A stretch of 64,000 nucleotides of DNA from Nitrospirales bacterium. Its GTDB lineage: Bacteria; Nitrospirota; Nitrospiria; Nitrospirales; UBA8639. Shown here in pieces: positions 12,918 through 25,749 of this stretch. The stretch spans positions 608,001 to 672,000 of the forward strand of contig CBDBCZ010000015.1 of the NCBI GenBank assembly GCA_965203295.1, in the 5' to 3' direction. Under the pieces are notes generated by a model. That model was not told the origin of the DNA and did not search any database. It worked only from the letters and a program-made list of their open reading frames with translations. Every line of letters starts with the position of its first letter. Position 1 is the stretch's first letter. Position numbers and translations under genes: made by a program.

Positions 12918-13420
12918 ATGTCACTATTCTGCCTCATAATCTCCGTCAGCCCTTCATGAGTGTCACTGCTAACAGCCACTCCTCATTGGAAGCATTCTTC
13001 CTCTAGCTTCTTCGTCAACCTCTCACACTGCTTGCTCGCTAGACAATGCCCACGGTGGACATTCTGAAGCTAATTGTGGCATTGATAGGTAGCGATGGTT
13101 CACACTGCTTTAAGGCTGCTTGAGCTCTGAGTACACTGATGCTGGACTAAGAGGGTAGCACGATGGCAAACGCACTGTTGACACCTCACACCTGTGCCAT
13201 CTGCAGACAAGTTGATTTGGCACTCCTTGTGTCTGACAGTTGAAGTGTGATACATGTGTGTGCCTCGAGGATAGAAACATCCTGACCTGCATAAATGCAA
13301 GAATAGAACTTTAATACCATAAAAACAATATCTTGTAGAGTGGAGGTATGATGCCGCACCACATTAGAAACTTTTCCTCGCCATTTCCCATGCAGAAACA
13401 ACACTACTCAAGAGACTCTA
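12918..13420 (-). pseudogene. Probable 5' part of the same P-type transposase
   Basis: STVRHKECQINL..RCQQCVCHRATL..NHRYLS..EIMRQNSD. Collinear with and upstream of 9270-10330. Confidence 0.55.
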
Positions 13421-13544
13421 GCAAGTGTACAAGGTCGTAGAAAGTAGAGATGGATGGGGAAAAAGATGAAAGAAACTCGTTATTGCTTAGATCAATGTGG
13501 TTGCTGAACAATATCACACACCACCCGAAATGACGGTCAACCGT

Positions 13545-16500
13545 AACCGTACCCGACAGCATCCTACGGTAACATACTGCGACCTACTTCACATTACTGA
13601 ACTCCACTGTTCTCTACTGCGCCATTCTACTAGTTACTGCACTCTCCACTGCACTATACTGCATTCTAATGCACCCTACTGCAACATATTGTACTGTACT
13701 ACCCCCTCCTATGCCATACCACACCCTACAGCTCTGTACAATATCCTACGGAAACCTACAGTACACAACTAAACAGTATTGCACTCAACGGCTCTCTACT
13801 ACATTCTGCTGTAATTTACTGTGCTCTCAACGGGACTTTATTGACTCTAATCCTCCCTCCTGCACCACACACCACCCTCCTGCGCCTTAGAGCACTCTAC
13901 GGTACCCTACGAGACCCTATTGCAACCTACATCACCCTATAGAACTCTACTGCACTGTACCGCTCTCAATTTACTGCACTCTCCACTGCCCTCTATTGCA
14001 CTCTACTGCACACTATTGCAACCTACTGCACACTACTGAACTCTATAGTGAACTCTACTGAACACTAGTGAACTCTACGGCTCACTACTGAGCTCTACTG
14101 CAATTTACTGCACTCTCCACTGCGCTCTACTGCACTCTACTACCGAACTCTACTCACCCGTACTGCTTCCTACTGCACTCTTCTGCAATTTTCTGTGCTC
14201 TTCATTGTAGTTTAGTGCAATCTAATGCACCCTACTGAGACCTACTGCACCTTACTGCTCCCTCATACACTTTACAGCAAACTATACCCCCTAAGGCACC
14301 CAACTGTTGTAACCTATTGCGTTCTACTGTACTCTAGTAAACTCTATTTCACCCTAATGCACTTTTGTGCAGTCTAATGCGCTCTCAATTGCAGATTACG
14401 GCATTTTAATGTAATCAAATGCAACCTACAGCACTATACTGCACCATACTGCACCTCCTACACTCAACAGCACCCTACGACACACTATGGTATCCTTCTG
14501 AAATCTACTGCTCCTTAATGAATTTTAAAGCTCCCTGCCACACTCTACTCCCATTTACTGTACACTCCACTGCGCTCTACTGCAAGCTACTGCACCGCAC
14601 TGCTCCCTCCTACACTGTACAGCCCTTTAATGGTGCCCTACTGCAATCTATCGCACCCTGCTGAACTCTACTGCACTGTACTGCTCCCTACTACACCCTG
14701 CAGCAGTTTGGTGCACTTTCCACTGCACTTTACTGCACTCTAATGCGCCCTACTGCAACCTACTGTACCATACTACAACCCTTAACATTCTACAACACCC
14801 TGCGGCACCCTACAAGATCCTACGGCAACCTACAGTAACTATTCTACTATACTGCACTCTACTGCTTTCTACTGCACTCTACTGCAATTTACAGCACTCT
14901 CCACTACACTCCACTGCACTCTACTGCGCCCTATTGCAACCTACCACACTACACTACACTTTCGACACCCTACAGCACCCTCCTACAACCAACTGCTCCC
15001 TACTGAACTCTACTCACCTGTACTGCTCCCTACTGCACTCTTCTGCAATTTATTCTACATTCCACTGCAGTTTAGTGCAATCTAATGCCACCTACTGCGA
15101 CCTACTGCTCCCGCCTACACCTTACAGTATGCTATGGCCCCCTATGGCACCCAACTATAACCTACTGCATTCTATATCACTCTACTAAACTGTACTTCAC
15201 CCTACTGCACTTTTCGGCAGTCTACTGCACTCTCAGTAGCAGTTTACGGCACTCTAATGCGCTCTACTGTAACCTACTGCATCGTACTCAAACTTCCTAC
15301 ACCCAACAGTACCCTACAACACCCAACGGCAACCCACTGCAACCTACTGCTCCCTACTGAACTCGAATTAACTGTATTGCTCTGTACTGCTCCCTACTAC
15401 ACTCTTTTACATTTTACGGTGCTCTCCACTGTACTTTACTATAAGGCACGGTACTGCAACTTCTTGTATTGTACTGCACCCTTCTACACCCTACAGCCCC
15501 CTAATGGCCCCCTACTGCAACTTTTAGCTAAACTCTGCTGCACTCTACAGCTCCCTACTGCACTCTGCAGCAATATGTTGCGCTCTCCACTGCACTATAC
15601 TGCACTCTAATGCGCTTTACTGCAACGCACTGTACCATATTGCAACCTCTTAGTAACCCTCTACAGCATCCTACGGCAACCCTACGGGATCCTACTGCAT
15701 CCTACAGCACTCTATTGTATTTTATTGTACTCTGCCATTTCCTACTGCACTCTTACACTCTACAGTACTGTACGCACACCCATGAGACCCTACTGTAACA
15801 AACTGTACTGTACCGCTCTCTACTGCACTCTTCTGCTATTTACTGCTTTCTCCACTGCCCTCTTTAGCAATCATCTGCGCCCTACTGCAACCTTCTCTGC
15901 CATACTGCACCCTCTTACATCTTACTGTACCCGACGACACCCTACGGTAACATACTGCGACCTACTTCACATTACAGTTTACGGCACTCTAAAGCGCTCA
16001 AATACAACCTACTGCACCGTACTGTGCCCTCCCATACCCAACAGCACCCTATGGCTCCCTTTGGCACCTTACTGCAACCTACTGCTCCCTACTGATCTCT
16101 AATGAGCTATACTGCTCCCACCTGTACTCTTGTGCAACTTACTGCACTCTCAACTGCACTTCACTACACTCTAATGCGCCCTACCGCAACCTGCTGTACC
16201 GTACTGCAACCTTTTACATTCTACAGCACCCTTAGGCATGCTACAGGGATCCTCCTGCCACCTACAGCCCCTATTGTACTTTACTGCACTCTACCACTCC
16301 CTACTACACTCTACTGCAATTTTCTGTACTTTCCACTGCCCTGTTTTTCCCTCCTGTGCGCCCTACAGCAACCTAATGTACCATACTGCTCCGTCTTACA
16401 CCCTACAGTATCCAACGGCACCTTACGGTGCCCTACTCCAACTTACTGTACCCTGCTAAACTGTACTGAACTCTACCGTTCTCTACTGCCCTCTCAGTCT

Positions 16501-18310
16501 GCAAGTAACTCCTCTCTCCACTGCAGTATACTGCACTCTAATGCACACTACTGAAAATTACTACACCGTATCACACCCTCCCGCACAATACAGCACCCTA
16601 CAGCTTCCTATACAAGACCCCGCTGCAACCTACAGCACCTATCTGAACTCTACAGCACTCCATGGCTTCCAACTGCACTCTGATGCATTATATTACACTC
16701 TCCACAGAACTTTACTGCACTCTAATGCACCCTACTGCAACCTACAGCACAATATTGTTTTTTCCTTGACTCTATCGCTTTCTACTGCTCTCTACTTTAT
16801 AGTACTGCATCCTCTTACACTCTACAGCCCTCTACAGTACACTATGAAACCCTATGGCAACCAACTGTACTCTACTGCTCTCTACTGCACTCTTCTTCAA
16901 TTTACTTCTCTCTCCACTGCCCTTTTTTGCACTCTTCTGCGCCCTACTACTACCTACTGCACCATACTGCATCTTCTTCTTACTGCAACCTACTGTTCCC
17001 TACTGATCTCTAATGAGCTGTACTGCTCCCACCTGCACTCTTCTGCAACTTACTGCACTCTCCACTGCACTTTACTACACTCTAATGCGCTCTACCGCAA
17101 CCTGCTGTACCGTACTGTAACCCTTTACACTCTGCAGCACCCTTCGGCATGCTACGGGATCCTACTGCAACATTCAGCACCCTATTGTACTCTACTGCGA
17201 TCTACCGCTCCCTACTACACTCTACCGCATTGTTCTGCACTTTCCACTGCCCTTTTTCCCTCTTGTGCGCCCTACAGCAACCTACTGCACCATACTGCTC
17301 TTCGTACACCCTACAGTATCCAATGGCACCTTGCGGTGCCCTACTGCAACTTACTCTACCCTGCTAAACTGTACTGAACTCTACCGTTCTCTACTGCCCT
17401 GTCAGTCTGCAAGTAACTCCTCTCTCCATTGCAGTATACTGCACTCTAATGCACACTACTGCAACTTACTGCACCGTATCACACCCTTCCGCACAATACA
17501 GCACCCTACAGCTTCCTATACGAGACCCCGCTGCAACCTACAGCACCTATCTGAACTCTACAGCACTCCATAGCTTCCAACTGCACTCTGATGCAATATA
17601 TTATACTCTCCACGGCACTCTAATGCGCCCTACTGCAACCTACTGTAACATACTGCACCTTTTTACACTCTACAGTACCTTACGGCATCCTACGGGATCC
17701 TACTGCAACTTACAGCCCAATATTGTATTTTACTTGACTCTAACGCTTTCTACTGCTCTCTACTTCATTGTACTGCATCCTCTTACACTCTACAGCCCTC
17801 TACAGCACACTACGATACCCAATGGCAACCAACTGTACTCTACTGTTCTCTACTGCACTCTTCTGCAATTGACTTCTCTCCACTGCCCTTTTTTGTACTC
17901 TTCTGCGCCCTACTGCAACGTACTGCACCATACTGCACCTTCTTCCACCTTACAGTACCCGATGGCACCCTATGGTACCCTACTGCAAACTAGTTCACAT
18001 TACTGTACTCTAATGTTCTCTACATTCCTCTTCTGCAAGTTACTGAACTCTTCACTGAAATATACTGCACTCCAATGCACCCTTCTGCAACTTACTGCAT
18101 AGTATTGCACCCTCCTGTGCCATACAGCACACTATGGCTCCATACAATACCCTACTGCAACCTACAGCACCTAACTAAACTTTATTGCCCTCAACGGCTC
18201 CCTACTTCATTCTGCTGTAATCTACTACACTCTCAACGGCACTTTATTGCACTCTAATCCTCCCTTTGCAACCTACTGCATCGTACACCACCCTTCTACA
18301 CCCTATAGCG
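13545..18310. repeat. CTACTG(CA)-based complex satellite with internal higher-order duplications
   Basis: Continuous ctactgcactct/ccctactgcaac variants with strong C/G skew. Duplicated blocks at ~908 bp offset (16541 vs 17449). Confidence 0.95.
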
Positions 18311-19926
18311 CTTAGACCGTGTTTCTTGAATGTATTAGTGTTTATCTGTTGGTTAGCCTTGAGTTTTTGAGTTCAATCAATGTTTCGTAACTGTATTAGA
18401 ATCTATTTGCTAATAAGTCTTGAGATATATAGTATTTAGACTATGTTACACAACTGTATTAATGTCTGTCTGTTTGTTAGTTTATAGGTTTAGTTTTTCA
18501 GCTGTGTTTCGCGACTATATTTGTGTCTGTCTCTTAGTCAGCCTTGAGTTATAGTGTTTAGGCCATGTTTCTCCACTGTATTGGCATGTGTCAGTTAGTC
18601 TTGAGTTTTAGTGTTTAAATAGTGTTTCTTGATTTTATTAGAGTCTGCCTGTTAGTAAGTCTTGAGTTTTAGTAGTGTTTTATGACTGTATTAATGCCTG
18701 TCTGTTCGTTACTCTAATGGCTTACTATTATAGGCGGTGTTTCTCGGCTGCATTAGTGTCTCACTTTTAGCTAGTCTGGAGTTTAAATATTTAGGTCATG
18801 TTTTTCGACTGTATTAGTGAGTGTCTGTTAGTGTTGAATTTTAGGGTTTAGTTCCCGTTTTTCGACTGTATTAGTGCTACTCACGTGACCTTCGACGAAT
18901 CAGAAGTCTCAAACTCGATCACATGACCGCACGTTAAATCGCTTAATGCACACTTAAGTGTGCACTAAGTTGTTAATGCACACTTAACAAAATTAGTGCA
19001 CACTTTTCTAAATAACGCCCAACAGAACCGTGGCTGTCTCAGGTCAGTGAGTGTACTAAATACTTTAGATACCAGTTGGCAGTGCATTACGTGATATAGT
19101 AGCGCGCTCGGACAATTAAGTAACGGTCTCGGGCGGATAATGCACTCGCCTTCGGCTCGTGCATTATCCGCCCTCGACCGTTACTTAATTGTCCTCGCGC
19201 GCTACTATATCACGTAATGCACTGCCAACTGGTATCTAAATATTACTTAGTGTCTGGAAGTTAGTATTGAGGCCGAATTTTATAACTGCGTTAGTGTCTG
19301 TCAGTATTGAGTTTTAGCATTTAGGCGGTGTTTCTCGACTGTGTTAGTGTCTGTCTGTTATTTAGTCTTGAATTTTAGTTTCTGAGCTGTGTTTCTTGTG
19401 TATATTAGTATTTGTCAATTAGTAAGTTAGTTTTTATGCTGTTTCTGTACTGTACTAGTGTCTGCCTGTTGCTTAGTGGAGAGTTTCAGCTTTTAGAATG
19501 TATTTCTCGACTGTATTTGTTTCTTACATGCAGTTAGCTAGTCTTGTGTTTTAGAGTTTAAGTCGTGTTTCTCAACTGTATTAGACTGTCCGTTAGTACC
19601 TTTTGAGTTTTAGTACTTGAGTCGTGTTTCATGACTATTAGTGTCTATTAGTTAGTCTACAGGTTTAGTATTTAGGCCGCGTGTCTGGACTGTATTTGTG
19701 TGTCTGTTAGTTTGTTTTTACTTTTAGTTACTTAGACCGTATTTTTCGACTGTATTAGTGTTTATCTGTTAGTTAGGCTTGAGTTTTTGTCTTTAAGCAA
19801 CGTTTCTTAACTGTATTAGAATCTGTTTGCTAGTAACTTTACTTAGGCTATGATTCACGACTGTATTAGTGTCTGTTAGTTTAAAAGTTTATGGTTTAGG
19901 CCATGTTTCTCGACTGTATTAGTAGT
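18311..19926. repeat. ~60-bp T-rich satellite
   Basis: Unit ~gactgtattagtgtctgtctgttagttagtcttgagttttagtatttaggccgtgtttctc recurring every 55-63 bp. Confidence 0.92.
18868..19245. mobile_element. Hairpin-terminated element 5 (best preserved)
   Basis: 177-bp palindrome at 19064-19240 with 87-bp arms, loop ttc (19151-19153) and only three TC/TC bubbles. IR at 18871-18891 vs 19041-19059. tatta at both junctions. Confidence 0.92.
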
Positions 19927-20330
19927 TTACAGTAAGGCACAGAAGATGGCAGTGGAGAGATGTAAATTGCAGAAGAGTGCAGTAGAGAGCAGTAGAGTAC
20001 AGTTGGTTGCAATAGGGTCTTGTAGTGTGCTGTAGAGTGTAAGAGGGTGCAGTACGATAAAGTAGAGTGCAGTAGAAAGCGTTAGAGTCAAGTAAAATGC
20101 AATAATGTGCTGTAGCTTGCAGTAGGATCTCGTAGGGTGCCGTAGGGGGCTGTAGAGTGTAAAAGGTTGCAGTATGTTACAATAGGTCGCAGTAGGGCGC
20201 ATTAGAGTGCAGTAAAGTGCTGTGGAGAGTGCAATAAATTGCATCAAAGTGCTAGTTAGGTGTGGTAGGTTGCAGCGGGATCCCATAGCAAAATGTACGG
20301 TGCTGCATTGTGCAGGAGGGTGCGGTGCAA
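19927..20330 (-). repeat. Inverted block of the CTACTG satellite
   Basis: Reverse complement resembles ~17600-17900 (shared YLTLTLSTALYFIVLHPLTLYS pseudo-translation). Confidence 0.9.
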
Positions 20331-22431
20331 ATTATGGGCGGTTTTGTTTACATAGAAGGTTTTACACACCAGTAAACTGTTGTTGCAGCAAAATTGATTT
20401 TGTAGAAAATTGATCGGTTATACTAGAGGGGCGGTTACCTTTAAGGGGGCGGTTATTTATCAGATTTTACAGTATAGTATGGATATGCACGTACCTCTTT
20501 ACAGCAAGTAAATGTATGCAACTCCCTTCCATCTCCCCAACTGGTTCTTTGTGCTATTCTTAGGCCTATGCAAGAGCAACCATCATTTATGTGTGTTAAG
20601 TCCTCGAAATTGCAGGCGTTCAGATATTGGTCAACCAAAGTAAAGGGGCCAAAGAGGTCAATTGGAGGTGCTGAAGTGACCTCTGCACGACACATTCATT
20701 GATCACGGCACTTTCCCATCTCTTCTCATTATCAAAACATGTTTGGTCACTAGCAATACATAACTGTAGGTGTGTACTACACCACCAAATCAGAAATTGT
20801 GGCAAACTCAAGGGGGAGAGAACTCAAGGGGGAGAGGACACTCCCACGGACTCAGTCTGTAGTCACAACCACTCAAAGCTATGACCAACTCTTTCCTGTG
20901 GTTTGACTGCTCAACAATTTTGGCCTCAACCATATGAGGGAATTTCCCTAAAGCTTGCCAAAACAGAAGACTAGATTCATTCTTCAATGTGACCTGATGC
21001 AGACAACCTTTTCTAAATGTGCCTTGACTGTTCAAGACTAATTAACTCATTGAGCATGATAGGCGTAGTTATACCTCTATACAAATTACTTCTGCGTACC
21101 ATGACAGATTTACGCCTAGTGACAACTTCCATGCAAATACATGTGGCAAGGGGTTAGACTCTGCCCATATAAATGTAGCTGTGGCAGCAACAGGAAGGGG
21201 GAGAACCCAATACACTTTAGCAATCATTCTGAAGCTCCGCCTTTTGAGCTTAACTTGTATCGAGACTTCTACATGTATATTGCTGTATATACGGCAGGGT
21301 TGGCAAGCCTTTCAGCACTTGGAACGGGGGTTTGGACGGCCCAAAGTGGGTTCTGGCTGTAAGCCTAGTACCTATCAACCAAGTGACTCACCAGCTAGAG
21401 GGCAGACAGAGAAAGGACACAAAAATAGACACTACCAAGGTTAAGCCTTCAAAGTAGCCTTGCCTTTAAAATAAGACTTGTACCATTTTTATCCACTAGG
21501 GTTCTTGCTTACAGCGGAGCACCCAAAAGCCACGGAGTGTAGAGTACTACGTATTTTGGGTTTGTAATGTAGTAAAATGTAATGTACCTGTAATATTTGA
21601 TCACGTTACATCACATAGTCATACCCATCTTCAGGGGGCCTTCTGTAGAATGGTGTGGTAGGTTGAGTGGAGTAGTTTATACTGCAGAAGTAGTCTTGTG
21701 CCCAGCTTCACCTCAGAAAGGTGGGTCTGGCGCCCTGTATATTCAAAGTCGGGCAGTATTACATCAGCGATCCCACTTCTCAATCGGCAATGCGATTGGT
21801 TGATTATGGTATTACCACCAAACGGGTATCACACTTGCAGTAGGCGCTACGTGGATACTGTAATTGTGACATCTGTTTGGGTGATGTGCATGTCCTTAAT
21901 ACAGAGGTGTCCTTTAAGAGGGGTTCCAATGTATACTGCTTCCGTATTACTCCTTACCACGTGGTTGAGATAATTCACGGATACATTTGCTGTATTTCTG
22001 CACAGTGTATCAGGCTCTACTTTCCTCCCCCACAAGAACCTAGTCACAAGGCTACCCCCAAGGTAGCCGTTTTACTGATTTCAACAACCTAAAGCATTAC
22101 AAAACTTCAAGCTCGTGCATCTAGTCAAAAATCAATGACCAAGTTTTGCGTGGCGTGGAAGTCATAAACAATAATGATTTAGACTGATCTATGGGAGTGC
22201 CCCCAGGCCTAAACACCGAATTTAGCACACACACCGATCACGAAATCAAACAGCTAGTTAGACAGTCCCTTAGTTGATAACAGTCAATACAATGGACATG
22301 TCCCATGAAAATGTTACTAAGCATCATGTATCAGTTATTAGATTGAACAACTCTCAAACCTAAAATACATTATTAGACACCAAAAACACTGGATATGTAG
22401 CTTTACATGATGGATTTACTTCGATCAAGAC

Positions 22432-22496
22432 TAGTCTAGCTAGCTATCCCCAACTTCTCCCCACCTTGGGATCGCTTGCAGGATCTAGCTAGACTA
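22432..22496. mobile_element. 65-bp TAG...CTA MITE with 9-bp TSD (Academ-like)
   Basis: gatcaagac|tagtctagctag...ctagctagacta|gatcaagac. Confidence 0.8.
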
Positions 22497-23104
22497 GATC
22501 AAGACTCCCTTTTCTATATAAGCCAAATTGTATGCACGTGGAACGTCAAAGGGGTTTACACGCGGACCGCTAAATTAATGTCCGTGCACGCTATACGAGT
22601 GCTGCAGCCAGTATGGAGGAATTAGGATCTCCAGCAAGGCTACTAGCTGTGATCCAAGGCCATCTGAACGCTGGAACAGAAATGTATCCCAATGCATGTG
22701 TTTTTGCGAGATCTAGTGCTCCGATATCCAGCAGCAAGGCAGAAGTACAGAAGGCCTTTCCGCGGCAAAGGTATGCGTGCTGCAGTAAATTTAGTGTTCA
22801 TGGTAGTTGTATAGACCATAGATAGTATCTATGTATAGACATCTGCTGGATCCTAATTGTAGACCCACTTAGTCGTAGGACTCGCAACTGATCGTGGGCG
22901 ACTTTGTGAACGAACCCCTCCCCCTTTCTCATAGTGCTATATTGCCAGGTTATGAACTACTACTAGCTCCTAGAAATAGATATTTTGCCAGGAATACACG
23001 CGCATAATGTGCCTCAGCAAATTAGGCAGGACTTTTTACACCATAAGTAGTCCCCCCCCCCCCCCAGTCTAGTTAGCCATCTGTGGACCAATATGGGATA
23101 GGCT

Positions 23105-23130
23105 TAGTCTCGTGACCAGCCACGAGACTA
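23105..23130. mobile_element. 26-bp TAG...CTA mini-element with 10-bp direct flanks
   Basis: gggataggct|tagtctcgtgaccagccacgagacta|gggataggct. Confidence 0.8.
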
Positions 23131-23479
23131 GGGATAGGCTGTGAAAGTAGTGTTAGAACTTTAATGGTGCATGGTTCACTGGAGCACAATCCATTTTATA
23201 TCATCTACTGTGATATATATGTGAAAGTAAATGGTTAAGTCACAGATTTGCAAGCTGTACTGCACCAGAGTGAAATTTATTGATCACTGTTTTGCTAGTG
23301 GCACACCAGTTCACTGGGTTACTGGTTCACCTGGTGCACCGGGTCACTGGTGCACCGGTGCACCGGGTCATTGGTGCACCGGGTCACTGGTGCACCGGGT
23401 TACTGGTTCACCTGGTGCACCACCATGGAGGTGCACTGGGTCACTGCCCATGCAGAGTTTCCTTGCAAGTACTTGAAAG

Positions 23480-23625
23480 GTCCTGGTGTATGTGACAATC
23501 AGAAAAAATCATTTCTGGCCGTAGAGCACGTGATGCGCAAGCTAGAGCGGTAACAGACCAACACACACACACACACACACACACAATGAGTACTGTAATC
23601 TCGCCCCCGCATGGGCGAGGTTAAC
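23480..23625 (+). mobile_element. Helentron-associated (HINE-like) end: (CA)n plus short terminal hairpin
   Basis: (CA)n at 23561-23585, then ctcgccc-ccgcat-gggcgag-gttaa. Similar ends near 24945-24980 and 52125-52262. Confidence 0.4.
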
Positions 23626-25326
23626 AACCTCAGGTACAGGTACTTTAAAAGCCAAATTCTATAATTTCCCATTCACCAGCCAGGTAGCCGGGTGCATCAG
23701 GTAAACCACCAGGTGAGCTGGTGACCAAGTGACCCGGTGCACCAGGTGAACCAATGCACCAGGTGTACCAGTGTCCCAGTGACCCGGTGCACCAGTGACC
23801 CAGGTGAACCAGTGACCCAGTGACCCGGTGCACCAGTGACCCACTAACCCAGTGCACCAGGTGCACCAGTGACCCAGTGACCCAGTGCACCAGGTGAACC
23901 AGCTGTGACCCAGTGACCAGGTGCACCAGCTGTGACCCAGTGCACCAGTTGAACCAGTGACCCGGTGCACCAGCTGTGAACCAGTAACCCAGTGCACCAT
24001 GCAGTATAACCAGTAACCCGGTGCACCGGTGCACCAGTGACCCGGTGACCCGGTGCACCGGGTGCACCAGTGACCTGGTGACCCAGTGACCCGGTGCACC
24101 TGGTGAACCAGTAACCAGGTGAACCAGTAACCCGGTGCACCAGTGACCCAGTGACCCAGTGACCCGGTGCACCAGGTGCACCAGTGACTCAGGTGAACCA
24201 GTGACCCGGTGCACCAGTGACCCAGTTACCCGGTGCATCAGGTGAACCAATGACCCGGTGCTCCGGGTGAACCAGTAACCCGGTGCACCGGGTGAACCAG
24301 TAACCCCGTGCACCAGGTGAACCAGTGAACTAGTGCACCAAGTGACCTGGTCACTGGTCTGAATGGTGATAGATGATATTGAATGAATTGGTGAACCAGG
24401 TGTAGCTATTATGCAGCAGTACATCACCTGAACTAGTGCATAATTCTATGTGCATTGCATTGAGGTACATAGTGAAACCACAACTACATCCATATCTATG
24501 CATGGGTGACCCGTGATCCATGCACCATCCGAAATGCGGCGGTCGCATGACGCAATAACCCAAATCACTTGCAGGATCTTGGCCAAGATCCTGCAAGCGA
24601 TCTCAAGGTGGGTAGAAGTTGGGGATAGCTAGCTAGAATAGTCCTCCCCTTCCTCCCAAAGTGGTCCCCCCCCCCAGACCATCTGTCGCAGAATAATTGG
24701 TCCCACGTGGACCATCTGTGGCACTGTACATGGTCCCCCTTTATCGTAAATGGTCCCCCCCATTTATCCAGCTAAAAATGCCATCTCAACTGCTCTGAAG
24801 CTGTAACTTTGAATGATGGAGGAGAGCTAGTAATAACAACAGTTGTATTATCCTGGACTTCACCCAGGATAAATAATTTAATGTATACAAGATTTTTTTT
24901 AAGTAGCATGTGGACAACTAGCTGTCACTGCTTTCAAATTTAATTTTCCCCGTGCTGCTGAGCATGCATGAACGGGGTTAAGCAATCGGTTTCGTCAGTT
25001 TGTCATCATCGTCCGTCATAATAATAAAATTACAGGCGATTTAAGGTCAGGCCCAACTAGAAGTGGAGATATGGTAAAATTTCATGCATGTACGGTTTTT
25101 ACGCTCATAACTCGACAACACGGCAATGGAAGGCCACAAAAGCTATGCTGGGCTAGAGTATAGAAACTAGAGAAAGCCCAAAAACAAAGGTTTGTCCGTG
25201 TGTGCAGTATTTCTGCCGTACAGGTGCTATATATTCACTTACCAGCTTGAAATGCATTCACGGTAAATCTCTCCGAATCCAAGAGACAGATGCTGCTAAC
25301 GCCACGGCTGTATCTGTAGGTCTATA

Positions 25327-25584
25327 AGATGGGGGGATGGCCTATAATGAGAGAGGAATTACAGTTGGAATTGGCTGGGTCCTACTGGCAAGTGCTACTA
25401 GCGGGTTTAGTGGCTATATAAAGCTTGCCTACTGCTCTGCTGCCAAGGGGGCTCCAGTAGCTCAATTGGTAAGAGCATGTGACTAGTATTCAGAAGGTCC
25501 TGGGTTCAATCCCCAGCTGGGTCCCGATTTTTCGGGATTTCTTTACTCTTTTAGAAAGCTTATCTTCTCACAGAAGTTTGCAAT
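25327..25584 (+). mobile_element. tRNA-Thr(AGT)-containing dispersed element with upstream TATA
   Basis: Conserved upstream flank with tatataaa (25415-25422), cloverleaf at 25451-25524, T5 tract, conserved tail. Confidence 0.88.
25451..25524 (+). tRNA. tRNA-Thr(AGT)-like sequence (repeat-borne, probably not a canonical tRNA gene)
   Basis: D arm gctc/gagc, loop ctAGTat, T arm ctggg-ttcaatc-cccag. One acceptor-stem mismatch, and one anticodon-stem mismatch in this copy. Confidence 0.55.
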
Positions 25585-25749
25585 GTGTGCATAGGCTTAT
25601 TGCCTGTTGTGGATATATATCATTGGTGGCTGTGAATGTGCCATTTGTAGATATGATGTCACTGCTGAAGTATGACACTGCTGAAGTCAGCGAGGTAGCA
25701 GAAGTGGAAGAAAGCATTGAGAGCTCGTGGATGTGGAATAGAAGTGCAA

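Larger units (their letters stand above)
23065..24640. mobile_element. Longer non-autonomous copy of the same TAG...CTA family carrying a GGTGCACC minisatellite
   Basis: Left end cagtctagttagccatc after gtccccc; right end gatagctagctagaata before gtcctcccc. The right ~55 bp match the 22432 MITE. Internal ggtgcacc/cagtgacc repeats at 23300-23450 and, in opposite orientation, 23690-24400. Confidence 0.6.

Noticed and set aside
18311..19926. CRISPR-like ~60-bp periodicity
   Set aside because: Whole units are similar, with no unique spacers and no cas genes; eukaryotic context.
13497..20286. Overlapping C/T/L/Y-rich ORFs
   Set aside because: Translations of the CTACTG satellite.
20453..21035. 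Possible decayed transposon coding region
   Set aside because: No motif I can assign with confidence.
23231..24427. Collagen-like GAPGH ORFs
   Set aside because: Minisatellite open on both strands, without a sustained Gly-X-Y frame.
22429..24643. Single 2.2-kb element with 57-bp TIRs
   Set aside because: The left copy is a self-contained 65-bp MITE with its own 9-bp TSD, and the right copy has a separate candidate left end at 23065.
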